Shown: positions 1-11,610 of the stretch, piece after piece
Layout: each line of letters begins with the position of its first letter
Numbering within the stretch: the first letter of the stretch is position 1
The notes under the pieces: model-generated
Database searches by the model: none
What the model saw: only the letters and a program-made list of their open reading frames with translations
What the model was told of the DNA's origin: nothing
Position numbers and translations under genes: made by a program
From: Felis catus
Taxonomy: Eukaryota
Assembly: GCF_018350175.1 (NCBI RefSeq)
Contig: NC_058368.1
Location: forward strand, 127,288,001-127,352,000
Reading direction: 5' to 3'
Length of the DNA stretch: 64,000 nucleotides

Positions 1-39
1 AAAGGCTGAGTGCATTAAAATGAAGGCAGCACCAGTGTT

Positions 40-135
40 CACATTTTCAGATGGGGAGAATAAAGCCCAGAGAGGGAAACACAGTTACTAAGAAGTGAAC
101 CTTCAATTTGAGTCTAGTGTATCTGAGACCATACT
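40..135 (-). mobile_element. MIR fragment (degraded)
   Basis: attttcagatggggagaataaagcccagagaggg resembles the MIR core read antisense. Confidence 0.45.
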
Positions 136-769
136 CTTGTTACGATACTATATTGACTCTGTGACCTGCTTTATTATTATCACTGGTATTGTTATTATCA
201 TTATTTTGCGCTCTGAATTAGTTTTCATAATACATTGATGAAAATGAACACACAGCCATTCTATGGTGGCTGTGATTCATATCACTGAGATTGCTTCTTT
301 CATCCTTTTACTTACTTCCACTCAAAGATTCAGTGACTAGCTAATAGGTTGGGCTAAACCAAAAACTCTGGGTGGAAAGAAATTATCAGTTGTGCTTATC
401 ACTGTCTTGCCAGAGCTTGGGACAATGTCTTAGCAATTAATAAGCATGGCAGGGACTCCATTACGTACATTTGGTGAATGACATATTACGTAAGTAGATT
501 TTAACGCCACCTGCTGAAGACTCAGAAAGACAGCTCCTGACATTAGGAACTCATGGGAAAACTTTACTGGAAAGGGCCTATGAGTTAGTCAATGGGCACT
601 GAAGGATATTGAACTTCAAAGGATTTATATATGAAACAGAGCAGGCCCCACCTGCCAGCCTCCTGAGCTCAAACTGCTCCATATGTTCTCTGGTTTCTGT
701 CTGAGGTGGGTTCCCAAACCCCTCCACACCTACTAAACTGATTTCTCCATGCTAAAAATAAAAAAGAAG

Positions 770-836
<67 letters not shown>
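770..836. repeat. (GAAA)n microsatellite
   Basis: About 16 perfect GAAA units seen directly. Confidence 0.95.
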
Positions 837-844
837 GGAAAATA

Positions 845-1068
845 GAGGCGCCTGGGTGGTTCAGTCGGTTGAGCATCTGACTTTGGCTTGGGTCATGATC
901 TCACAGTTCCTGGGTTTGAGCCCTGTGTTGGGCTCTGTGCTGATGGCTTAGAGCCTAGAGCCTACTTCGGATTCTGTGTCTCCTTCTATGCACCTCTCCC
1001 GCACATGCTCTCTTTCTCTCTCTCTCTCTCTCAAAAATAAATAAAGATTACTTTAAAAATTAAAAAAA
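845..1068 (+). mobile_element. CAN-SINE (SINEC, felid type)
   Basis: Head gaggcgcctgggtggttcagtcggtt, tRNA-derived body, (CT)n, aaaataaataaa tail. Confidence 0.95.
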
Positions 1069-2128
1069 TACATCTGGAAAAGAATTACACAATTGATAAA
1101 TGAGTGATTTTAAACCATTATCAAGGTCTAACTATCTCAGAGAGGCACCAAGAGACAGATGGGCTGACTGTAAGCAAAGAAATTCAAATCTATTAGGTAA
1201 AAATCAGATGTAATTGTAATATTCTCTTTTGGTATTCCTATGATCCCTAAAATAACTTGGTTAGAATTTTCCACTTTGTTATTATTTTTCATTGTACTGA
1301 TAATCTTATAGGTTTAAAGATAAACAATTAAAATAATTTCATAAAAATTAAAAATAGATTTGTAAGATCATAAGAATCAACTATAATGCCTTGTAACTGA
1401 ACCTAATTTGCCATTTCCTGACTGGGAAAATAAGAACGAAAGTGCTGCATGAAACTGAGGACTAGGGATTATCTTTAAAAGAAAAAGATAAATACGGGTC
1501 AGTTAAATAAGCCAGGGAAAGAAAAAACAGTCATATTGGTACCTTGTTAATCTATAACTATTTTTAGACATAGTAAATCCTTAATCTCTCCCCTGCCAAA
1601 ATAAAATGTCATGCATAAAAAGAACGCAGAAAGTTTAACTGACATAGTTCTGTCTGTTTGAATATGCTAGATCTGCAGTGAAATCTGATTTATTTTCACT
1701 TCCATGAAACTTGTGATTGAGATCAGTTTCCTTCACCAACCTTATAGTTTATTGGTAATGAAGAAAGATATAATTTACATGACATTCAGAAAGTAGTAAA
1801 TTAGAAAAACTAACCACTTGAGAATAAAAACTGTTCTCAGTGACCTTCTTAGCTGGACCTTCTTTAGTTTTGCTGTTATCAAAGCAGAAAGACTGCTTAC
1901 TTCATCCCTAAGTAATTGGAAGGGAAAATTGTGTTAAAGTTTAAACAATGGTATTTCAAAAGACCAGGTTAATTTTTAAAAGTTTTGGGGTATGTGGTAT
2001 CTTTATGATAGGTAAAATATTCTCATACAGGTAAGATAGAGGTGAGTTCTTCATTTTTTTTTTTTTCTATCTTGACTGTTCCAACAGCACTTACCTATTT
2101 CATGTTCTATTCATTCAGGCTTCAAGTC

Positions 2129-2280
2129 CAGTGGTTCTCAGCACTGGCTGCACCTTGACTTGACCCCAACCCTGACCATTTAATAGAACCAAAATATACC
2201 AGGTAGAGAGGACTAGGCATCAGTATTTTTAACATTACCCAGGTGAAACAAAGCATATAAGTAAGGTTTCAAACCTTGGC
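2129..2280 (+). mobile_element. MER5-family (hAT-Charlie) MITE remnant
   Basis: Starts cagtggttctcagcactggctgcac; internal ggcatcagtatttttaa...cccaggtga. Confidence 0.7.
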
Positions 2281-3878
2281 TGGTCGAATGTTCCTATGAT
2301 ATTGAAATCATTCAAACAACAACAAAAACAACAACAACAACAATAACAACCAACATGCCAAAGGTGGCTACCAAGTTCCAGGAGTCCAAAAATCTAATTA
2401 ACTTTATGGCGGTAATTAGGCACTCACTTAACATATTCAATCTACTTTGCTCTTTTAGCTATGAAAGGAAAATTAACTCAGTCCTGTGTGTTCTTCACAT
2501 AGATCTCTGACCATCTGATGAAGTTAGGGATACATTCTCCAGAATACTGCATGTTTGTACAAATTTTTATGTACAATTTCAGTGTCCCCAAACATGTGAA
2601 ACCAGCCACCTCTTTCTCTAAGGTACAAAGCTAAGAACATAACTAATTTAAAATCAGGTAAACTTCAAATTGGCACAAAAGAGAATTTATAACAAGTAGA
2701 GTTGCCCCATATTACAAAGGCATTAAATAAGGAAAATGATGATCATGTGAAAATAATATAGAAAACAAACATAAATGGAAAAGGACAGGGCAAAATTATA
2801 TATACAGTTTGGTTAAATGTGCATGTTATATAGATACAGATTGGAAAAAATGTAAATAAGAAGAAACATAGGAAACGAATTAACATTTTATTGTAAAATT
2901 CTTTAATAAAATTCTATTTTCTACAAACATTGTTAACAAGTTATTACACTACTTAAAGCAGTGATTTTTATAATCTTGCCTTTGTGGAAGACATGGCAGG
3001 ATTAAACAACACCAAATTACTTGGAAGAAAGTGATGCAGAAACCAGCAATGTTAGAAAATTAAACAGGGGTCACCCCACCAGGAAGTAGGCCAAGATGTC
3101 AGTTTGGTTACTATTCAAGCCTGTCTAGGAATAATGATTTAACCAGGAGAAGACCATGTGTGGCAGTGTCCAAAAATGACCTTGGTAGGTCACACTGGGT
3201 TGTTTGAACAACGAACTAGCTGTTGGCAGTCTCCCCATTCTCTCATCTAGAGAGGTTTCATCCACACTCAGCTTCCCACGAGACCGGTAGCTATCTTTTC
3301 CTGGCTGAAGGGCCTGCAACTTCCCATGCTTCTCTGAGGTCTCTAGGGCTGGCAGCTGGCGTTCCTACACAACTCCTTTAAAGAGCTGGCATGTACACCA
3401 AGACAATTCAGTAACCGAAAATGTTGTCTATATCCCACGACAAAGTTCTTCTCTCCAGGTGTCCTAAAAAATGGGTCAGCTGGAGGGAAGACTCAGGGAA
3501 AATGGACCATACATAGCTTTCTCTCTTCTTACCAACACTTGAATAGTAAGGTACTCAAAGCCTGTTCCTTAAATAGTACTGTTGGAGCACATCAGCTCTG
3601 AAAGAACATGTGGCAACTACAAAGGAATCCACCTGTCCGGGTGGTTGGGCAAGGGGGGGATGGTGAGGACGATAGCTTTCTCAGGCAAAGCCAGGCATAG
3701 GTTGACCCAAAGTTTATAGACTACTCTTAGATACCAGGGTTTCTCTTGGAGAGTGTACTGCTTTTGTTCTACTTAAAAAGCGTCACAGACAGCTATTTAT
3801 CTACATCAATATCCACTGCTCTAAGAAATTTTAGGCTAAAAAAGTTTGTTGAAAAGCGTGTTGTGAATTTCCATTCAG

Positions 3879-3881
<3 letters not shown>

Positions 3882-3932
<51 letters not shown>

Positions 3933-3976
3933 ACATATACAAAAAAGTATATATATATATATATGATATAGATATA

Positions 3977-4007
<31 letters not shown>
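3882..4007. repeat. Compound (TA)n / (CA)n microsatellite, probably within an old L1M 3' fragment
   Basis: (TA)n at 3882-3927 and (CA)n at 3978-4007 seen directly. Confidence 0.9.
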
Positions 4008-4012
<5 letters not shown>

Positions 4013-4184
4013 CTCTTAAAAATAGTTATTTAAAGAGAAGGGAGGGAAGATAGCAAACATGCATTTTTTACCTAAGTCTTACATTTCTGCAGTGTTTGGA
4101 TGTTTTACAAAAAGATTGTAGTACATATATAATCAAGACAAAATAAAATAGACATCAAAAGATTCAAACTTCTTGGGTTTATCT

Positions 4185-4285
4185 AATTTAATTTATTTAG
4201 TTTTCATTTTTATTTTACAGAGCGAGACAGAGTGAGGGAGAGGGGCAAAGGAGGAGAGGGGGAAGGAGGCAGGGAAGGAGGGAAG

Positions 4286-4321
<36 letters not shown>

Positions 4322-4446
4322 AAGAATCTTAAGCAGGCTCTGCATTCAGCATGGAGCCTGACATGGGGCTTGATCCACAATGGAATCATGACCTGAGCCG
4401 AAATCAAGAGTCTGATGCTCAACTGACTGAGCCACCCATAATCTCC
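4185..4446 (-). mobile_element. CAN-SINE (older SINEC)
   Basis: Antisense body: T-rich tail, (GA)n, gaatcttaagcaggctc...atcatgacctgagccgaaatcaagagtc...gagccaccc. Confidence 0.92.
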
Positions 4447-4700
4447 TCTTATTTATTTTAGACAGATTTTTGAAAGTTAAGTTTCCTACAGGATGATACA
4501 AAATAGTCATTTGGCAATTAAGAAATTACTCTCTATACCATTCTGGATGCCTACTAGGCCAAAATGCTTTCGCCCTTTTGCCTACATTCAGTTCAGCTAT
4601 AAACAATGCAAAGTGATAAAAACCTAAAAAGACAGACGAAACTTTACATTTTTTTTTCCACAAAGTTGGACATTTGCTTGATTTTACCAGCTCAGTCAAA

Positions 4701-4991
4701 ATGTTTTATTTACTTACTTATCTTTTTGTTTTATATTTACTTATTTTTTTTAATTTTTTTTTCAACGTTTATTTATTTTTGGGACAGAGAGAGACAGAGC
4801 ATGAACGGGGGAGGGGCAGAGAGAGAGGGAGACACAGAATTGGAAACAGGCTCCAGGCTCTGAGCCATCAGCCCAGAGCCCGACGCGGGGCTCGAACTCA
4901 CGGACCGCGAGATCATGACCTGGCTGAAGTCGGCCGCTTAACCGACTGCGCCACCCAGGCGCCCCTATTTACTTATTTTTAAGAGAGAGAG

Positions 4992-5034
<43 letters not shown>

Positions 5035-5206
5035 GCATAAGGAGGGTAGGGGCATGATGGGGGGTGGCATGGAGACAGAATCTGAAACAGGCTCTCGGCT
5101 CTGAAGTGTCAGCACAGATCCTGACTCGGGGCTTGATCCACGAACCATGAGATCATGACCTGAGCCGAAGTTGGAAGTTTAACTGGCTGAGCCACCCAGG
5201 TATCCC
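4701..5206 (-). mobile_element. Older CAN-SINE (host of a nested young SINE)
   Basis: Body at 4981-5206; flanking agtcaaa repeat at 4694-4700 and 5207-5213. Confidence 0.88.
4749..4965 (-). mobile_element. Young SINEC_Fc inserted in the tail of an older SINE
   Basis: Near-consensus CpG-rich body; perfect 15-bp TSD tatttacttattttt at 4734-4748 and 4966-4980. Confidence 0.97.
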
Positions 5207-6730
5207 AGTCAAACTTTTTTCACTGGTGTATTTGTATAGACTTGAATTTATCACTGCCTCAGAGAGAACTAGACTTTTCCCAAAGGATTTTTCTTTAGAT
5301 ACCTAATTTGTTTTTCTAATCTGCAACTTTGTAAATTAAACAGATTTTTCTATAATCTGGTGATCCTTTCCACAGACTCAGTAATATCTCCCACTCATGA
5401 TTGTATCTGGTCCCTATTTCTTGTCATTTTAAAGGTTCTCAATGGGAAAATAGATTGTTTATGATTTCATGTAACAATTACTAGTACAGTATTTTGTTAA
5501 CCAAGATACTGGCCTATGTAGTTGGTATTTACAAACTTTCATCTTAAGAAGTTAGCTGCTACAATGGTCAAGTTAAGTAATAGAAGTGAGTAACGTAAGA
5601 TAGCATTCATAAAATTGTTTTGAATGAGCAAATTAACACATCAGTTAAGGCAATTATTTAATAGGAAATTGTTATTTTTCTAAAGCTGAAAAAAAATACT
5701 CTGAAAAGAGCAAGTATAACAATTTAACCTAGTGTCCATATCTCTTTCCCAAATTATTTTAGTCTTCACTGTCTTCTCGTACCATCTAATTGTGTCACTT
5801 GACAAAATTTTTTTTTCTGGGATTCTACAGTTTAGCCTGGCAAGATTAGCTAGTATCTATAGATGGTACCAAGATACGCCAGGTGTCTGGGTTCACACGG
5901 CCAGGCATACATCATACAAATGATGGGCATGCCGCTCCTCTAACTTACAAACCAGCACCTCCCCCAAGTCAGAACAGTTCTGAGCATCCTGGGACTTTGT
6001 GAGAGTCAGATGGATACAATACCATACTATCTTATCACATTTTCTTTCACATATGCAGAAGTCAGTCTGCTACACAGATGTATTTTTCTTCTTAAACATC
6101 AAACATATCACCACAACGTTTTTTTGTTTGTTTGTTTGTTTTGTTTTTTTGTCCATGGATGGAATTCACTTGTGTATGTTTCAGTTATTTAGGTCAACAT
6201 CTTGCATGAAATCTACTAAATGGGACAGAAAGGAAGGAAGAGGAACCTAGACTGGTATACCAAAGATATGTCTTTGGATCTATGGACAGGTGGAGGACTT
6301 GTGTGTGTTGGCTTTAAGCGTACATACTCCAAATTTTTATCTTCTTGCAAAAGCATTGGAGGACAAAACAAATCTCTTCAAAGTATAATTGTGAATATAG
6401 TAGGGAATTCATCTTTTTACCCACTAAAGCCTGATATTGGCTTCCTATAATTCTTGGGAAAGGAGACAAACTCCTTAATATAGTCTCCATGGCTCTGCAT
6501 CAATTGACTCCATTAAGGAGTACCATCCTCTCTAGCTACTATCTTACTTTTTGTTCTTGCGTCCCAGCCTCACTGGCCTTCTTTGCGTAAACTGCACTCT
6601 CCATCCTGCTTCCATGGCAAGACTCCGCACATGTTGCTTTCTGAATACTAATCTTTTATTTATTTATCTTCCTGCCTCTCCTTTCCACCACCACTACTAC
6701 CGCTGTGACCATAACCCTATTACTACTGGA

Positions 6731-6732
<2 letters not shown>

Positions 6733-6775
<43 letters not shown>

Positions 6776-6787
6776 CATACACACACA
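6733..6787. repeat. (CA)n microsatellite
   Basis: Seen directly. Confidence 0.95.
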
Positions 6788-6834
6788 AACAGAATCACAT
6801 ATACCTTCCAACCTAGCTCGGGTGTTATATTCTA

Positions 6835-7047
6835 TTTAAATTTTTTTTAACATTTATTTATTTTTGAGACAGAGACAGAGCATGAATGGGGGAGGGGCAG
6901 AGAGAGAGGGAGACACAGAATCGGAAGCAGGCTCCAGGCTCTGAGCCATCAGCCCAGAGCCCGATGCGGGGTTTGAACTCACGGACCGCGAGATCGTGAC
7001 CTGAGCTGAAGTCAGACGCTTAACCGACTGAGCCCCCCAGGCGCCCC
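6835..7047 (-). mobile_element. SINEC_Fc-type CAN-SINE
   Basis: Full body; TSD tcg(g/t)gtgttatattcta at 6818-6834 and 7048-7064. Confidence 0.97.
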
Positions 7048-7685
7048 TCGTGTGTTATATTCTAAGAAATATTTCCCAACATCTTCCACATGCTATCAAA
7101 AAAAAAAAATCCCAAACCCAAACCAAACCAAAAAACCAGGTCTCCCCATTACAAAATCTCCTAGCTCTGCATAACACTTATTATTGTTCTAATTGTACAT
7201 ATATCTTTGGACCTTTTAGTTAATGCCCACCTCTCCATGAAAACTGAGACTCTGCTTCTTCTCATCATTATTTAACCAGTATCCAGCATGAAATCAGGGT
7301 ATATACTACCTAAATACTGTTGAAATGTGAGAATGAGTGAACCAATCGACTGCTCAAATCTGCACCCCTTTTCTATGACAGATGTTTAATACACTGGGAA
7401 AAATTCAAACTAAAGGAGTGATTTAAAAAAGGAACATTTGTTAAACTCCACTATTTTGCAAGGACTGGACTAACTGCTATGCCTATCTTAATTTATTACC
7501 AACAACTACCCAGTAAAACTCATCAAGTAAGAGAAAAAGTATCGTGGTTCTACTGAACTTTGGTGGGTTTTGTATTTTCTTATGATTTTCTATAAAATGT
7601 GGAGTCATGTTTATAACTACATTAAATGAGCATTTGCATAATTTGAATTTAGGATAATTCTATTTTAAAGCACTGAAAATACTTT

Positions 7686-7905
7686 CTAAAATTTTTTTTA
7701 ATATTTATTTATTTTTGAGAGAGAGAGAGAGACAGAGTGTGAGTGGGGGAGGAGCAGAGAGAGAGGGAGACACAGAGTCCAAAGCAGTCTCCAGGTTCTG
7801 AGCTGTCAGCACAAAGCCTGACACGGGGCTCGAATCCATGAACCATGAGATCATGACCTGAGCCAAAGTTGGACACTTAACTGACTTGAGCCACCCAGGC
7901 ACTCC
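7686..7905 (-). mobile_element. CAN-SINE
   Basis: TSD agcactgaaaatacttt at 7669-7685 and 7906-7922. Confidence 0.96.
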
Positions 7906-8519
7906 AGCACTGAAAATACTTTTTAATGTCAGCTCTAGAAATTATGGAAAATGGAATATAACAAAAACTGAAGTATACAAACAAAACCAACATTTTTAGT
8001 GTTGGAAATTTAATGAGGTAATCATCTTACATAGAAGTTAGAATGTATGCATTTAGAATTATTAGTAAAGAATTAAGTGGGATTTCAGAACTTACATATG
8101 ATTTCAAGAACTAAACTTTATTTTAGTTCCAGAACACTCAATTTACCACCTTGGAACCATTAATGTGTTCATGGTTTTACTCCCCAGAAACCTGCCTCTA
8201 GTTCAAAAGACTCTTAATTAGGTAATTATTTTCCACAAACCCAAATGGTCCTCTGTGGTATGTGCCCAGGTTCAAAACCCTTTACACTTTCACCCATTTG
8301 CAGAAGTCAGCATTACCCTTCAGCGGCTTGCCTCTACTAACCAGAAAGCTGATGGGGCCCCCCAGGAATGAAACAGACACCCTGCATTTTCCCAACACCT
8401 TACCCTGAAACCTAAGGCACTGGTTTCCTTCCACCAACACAAGGGAGCTCAAGTCATCAGAAATTGACTAAGGGTCCCTCACTTGGTCCTCTTATCCTAA
8501 TCTTTCCAACATTTCCAGA

Positions 8520-9290
8520 CAATAAATATTTGTTATTTAACATTATATGTCTGGCCCTCTAGGCACTATGAATGAAGTAAATAAAATTTAAAAAATGATC
8601 AGTACTTATTTTTGAGACTCATGTTCTAAGTGGTGAGGACAGAACTAATTTACATAGAATGATTAGAAAATTTAAGTGAAAAACTGGAATATGAATGGTT
8701 ATGGGCAGAACCCATACACTGAGCCCCATGGTTATGGGGTGGTGCCCCCCCCCAATTCATATGTTGAAATCCTATACCCCTTGTATCTCAGAATGTGACT
8801 GCATTTGCAGATAATATCTTTAAGGAGGTGTTAAATTAGAATTAACTTTTTAGCATGGGCCCTACTCGAATATGACTAGTCTCCTTTAACAGGAGGAGAT
8901 TAGGACACATACAGAGGGAAGATCATGAAGATACAAGCAAAAAACAGCCATCCACAAAGCCGGGTAGAGAGACGCTTCAGAAGAAACTAATGAAGCTGAC
9001 ATCTTGATCTCAAACTTCCAAGTTCCAGAACAATGAGGAAATAAATTCCTACTGTTTAATCCACCAATCTGTGATACTTTATTATGGCAGCCTGAACCAA
9101 TATACACAGACCCTACTGAACAATAATTTAGGACAGGGCTGAACCAGGATGTGTTGGAGTACTAGAGAAAGGTTTGGGGCAGGATAAGGGGTCAGAATTG
9201 AATACAGACAAAGCCAAGTGAAGGAGAGACAGAGAGATGACATTTCAGGACAGCAGAAACTCGTTGAGTTAAGGAGAGTAATTGATAGAG
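8520..9290 (-). mobile_element. L2 remnant split by an MLT1B LTR
   Basis: aataaatatttgtt...tatgtctggccctctaggcact and a purine-rich L2-like continuation after 9107. Confidence 0.5.
8730..9106 (+). mobile_element. MLT1B-like MaLR solo LTR
   Basis: Motifs attcatatgttgaaatccta, ctcagaatgtgactgcatttg, gggccctactcgaatatgact, ggagattaggacac, cttgatctcaaacttcca, aataaattcctactgtttaa, ttatggcagcc. Confidence 0.9.
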
Positions 9291-10287
9291 AAATTAATTT
9301 AGTCACTGGCAACCGTCTCTAAAATCTTTGGATCATTGCCATTTGCTTGTATTAAGTATTAATGTATTTCTATTAACATATTTTGTCACTTATATTGAAT
9401 AGAAAATCTCAATTTACATTAAACATAATACATTGTTAACAGGGCTATACTGACATTAATATAAGCATATACTTTTATCATGCATATTTAAATCTTGAAA
9501 TATACAGCCAAATAAAGAATGACTGTTCAGGCAAAATACTATTGAAGCATTATCAATTCAACTGTATTTTATATGTTATTTCGTATGTACCTGGGAACTA
9601 TACTTGTAAAAAGAGAGAGAGGATCCCTGCAATCCATGACATGAAAAAAAGAAAGAAGGAAACTATCTTTGATCTCCTTATCCACATTATATTCATTTAT
9701 CATCCAAAGCTTTAAGAATTTTTTTCTAGATGAAGTTTATACATATATTCATGATCATATGTTACTGAAGCATTTAACTAGATAGTTTCATGCCAATTCA
9801 AATAAAAATTAGATGTTAAAATACTCTTTTCTATTCTTGACTCCCTTTTAGAAACAAACTGACAGACAGAGAGATAGACAAAAACTTGCAAGCATTGCCC
9901 ACATCTGTTTACATTTGTGATTTTCAAAAAATGTTTAAAAGTAGCATTTAGGTCAATAGTTTTCGACTGGGGAATGGCGAGCCAGCTCAGAACCATCAGC
10001 TGTTCATCTACCCAAAAAGCAGGTGAGAATAAATATTTCATGAACATTCCTTACAATCTTCTAACTCTCACAGCAACAACCCCATCTTTCTGTACTGTTA
10101 CTCCCCTTCCTTAGAAAAGAGAAGAACATTTGAAGGCCACTTACAGTTCTTACTGGTATCAGGTAGCGTGTCATGCTTTACTGCTCGTGTTATTTTTTAT
10201 CTTTTGGTTTTTGTGTTTGTAAGCCATTTGTTCTACATCACGCAGGTGCATTTTCTCTCAGCATTAAGGAGGAGGAAAACGAAAGGT

Positions 10288-10328
10288 ACTTACCTAAAAA
10301 ACAAAACACAAAAAGAGAAGGATTAGAG
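10288..10328 (-). other. Candidate recursive splice site (3' splice site abutting a 5' splice site, TAG|GTAAGT)
   Basis: Minus strand reads ctctaatccttctctttttgtgttttgttttttag|gtaagt; branch-like CTAAT with A at 10323, junction between 10294 and 10293. Confidence 0.55.
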
Positions 10329-11419
10329 TGAATTCCTGGGACCACTTGATTGCTTGACAAAGCACTGAGGTTGGGGGTAAAGACACTGAAAACACCTAAC
10401 AGACTGAGCTCTCTAGCAAACCAAGAGCACGAAGCAGCCCAGGAATGTACACAGAATATGCACACTCTTCTGTAAGTGAACAAAGAAAGGTGTATTCCTT
10501 ATTATTGAAAAAAAAATAAATAGGTAAAGCAAAGTTATCATTTGATATTCTATTCAATTTTCTAAATAACTTAGATTATCACAGACTCCACCCTGTGTTT
10601 ATCATCCCTCTCTGTTCTAGAACAGGTTTTGTTAACTGCTTATAATAATGCTTTTAACATTCTAAGCCAGGAGGCCTTGACCATGGACCTTAAGTCTACT
10701 GCAAATCAGAGCCTCAGTGTTGTGTCTCCCAGCAGCACCAGGAAGAGAGCACAGGGACGTGCTAGACATTGATAAGTTATGACAAAAACAAAGGCTTTGC
10801 TAAAAGCTATCTTCATGGCTATGAGGTTTCCTTTAATATGAGCTGTTGTGATGTTGGTAGAAGGGTCCCTTTATGAGACTGGGGGGCAGGATTAACAGAG
10901 ATGCCATCCAAGTTAACACACAACACCAGGTGCAGCATACAGCAAAGAATGACAGGTTTTATATGCATTTAGGAAAAGCTACATTCAAATCCTAGATGGC
11001 AAATATCTGTGGTTTTCATCAATGTGTAAGCTTTGTATATGTGTGACACTTTCGACAATATGCTGATCACAGAAAGCCCTCTACACCGGGAAAGCAGGAG
11101 ACATGCTTGGCAGAGCTTCAGTGAGTGACAGCTCTGGAATGGTTGATAGAAGGCACAGGACATACCACGTGGGAAGAAATTTGTTCACTCTGTCAGTTAT
11201 CAAAAGCCAAAGGAACAGTTCCTTCAGAAGTAATGATTTTCCTGTTCTTTCCTTGACAGACAAGAGCCAAGCAAAGGAAGAGCTCCAGCAGAAAATGAGA
11301 CTTTTGAGAGAAGAGTAGAAGAGCTCCCATTTTCTATGAGGACATGGCGCCCAGCTAGAGCTGCCCACTTTGGTGCTGGCTGGTAAACAGAAGCAAAGGG
11401 CAGATGCACAAAAAGGCAT

Positions 11420-11610
11420 CGCTTTCCAAGCCTGCAGTGTCTCCCAATCACCGTGCCACTTGGTAAAAACATGACATTCCTAGGACTTACCTAGACCTAT
11501 TGAATCAGTGTCTCTGGAGGTGACACCTTGCATTTTCCATTTTAAATCAACTCCCTAAGTGGATTTTATCTAGCCAGCCAGATGCCAATCAACACACATA
11601 GTTTTAGGTA
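11420..11610 (+). mobile_element. MER5-family MITE remnant
   Basis: cctagacctattgaatcagtgtctctggagg...ttttaaatcaactccctaagtggatt. Confidence 0.6.

Larger units (their letters stand above)
6460..7342 (+). mobile_element. L2 3' remnant interrupted by (CA)n and a SINE
   Basis: aaactccttaat...cagcctcactggccttcttt...ccagtatccagcatg...aaatactgttgaaatg...gaatgagtgaa resembles the L2 3' end. Confidence 0.6.

Noticed and set aside
2018..2047. Plus-strand catacag|gtaaga followed by gag|gtgagt
   Set aside because: The pyrimidine tract is poor, there is no supportable upstream exon, and it is opposite to the inferred transcript.
4606..4982. ORFs with MNGGGAEREGDTE / AQSLEPASDSVSPSLS-type peptides, recurring many times across the window
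   Set aside because: Translations of CAN-SINE sequence, not genes; the recurrence reflects the repeat family.
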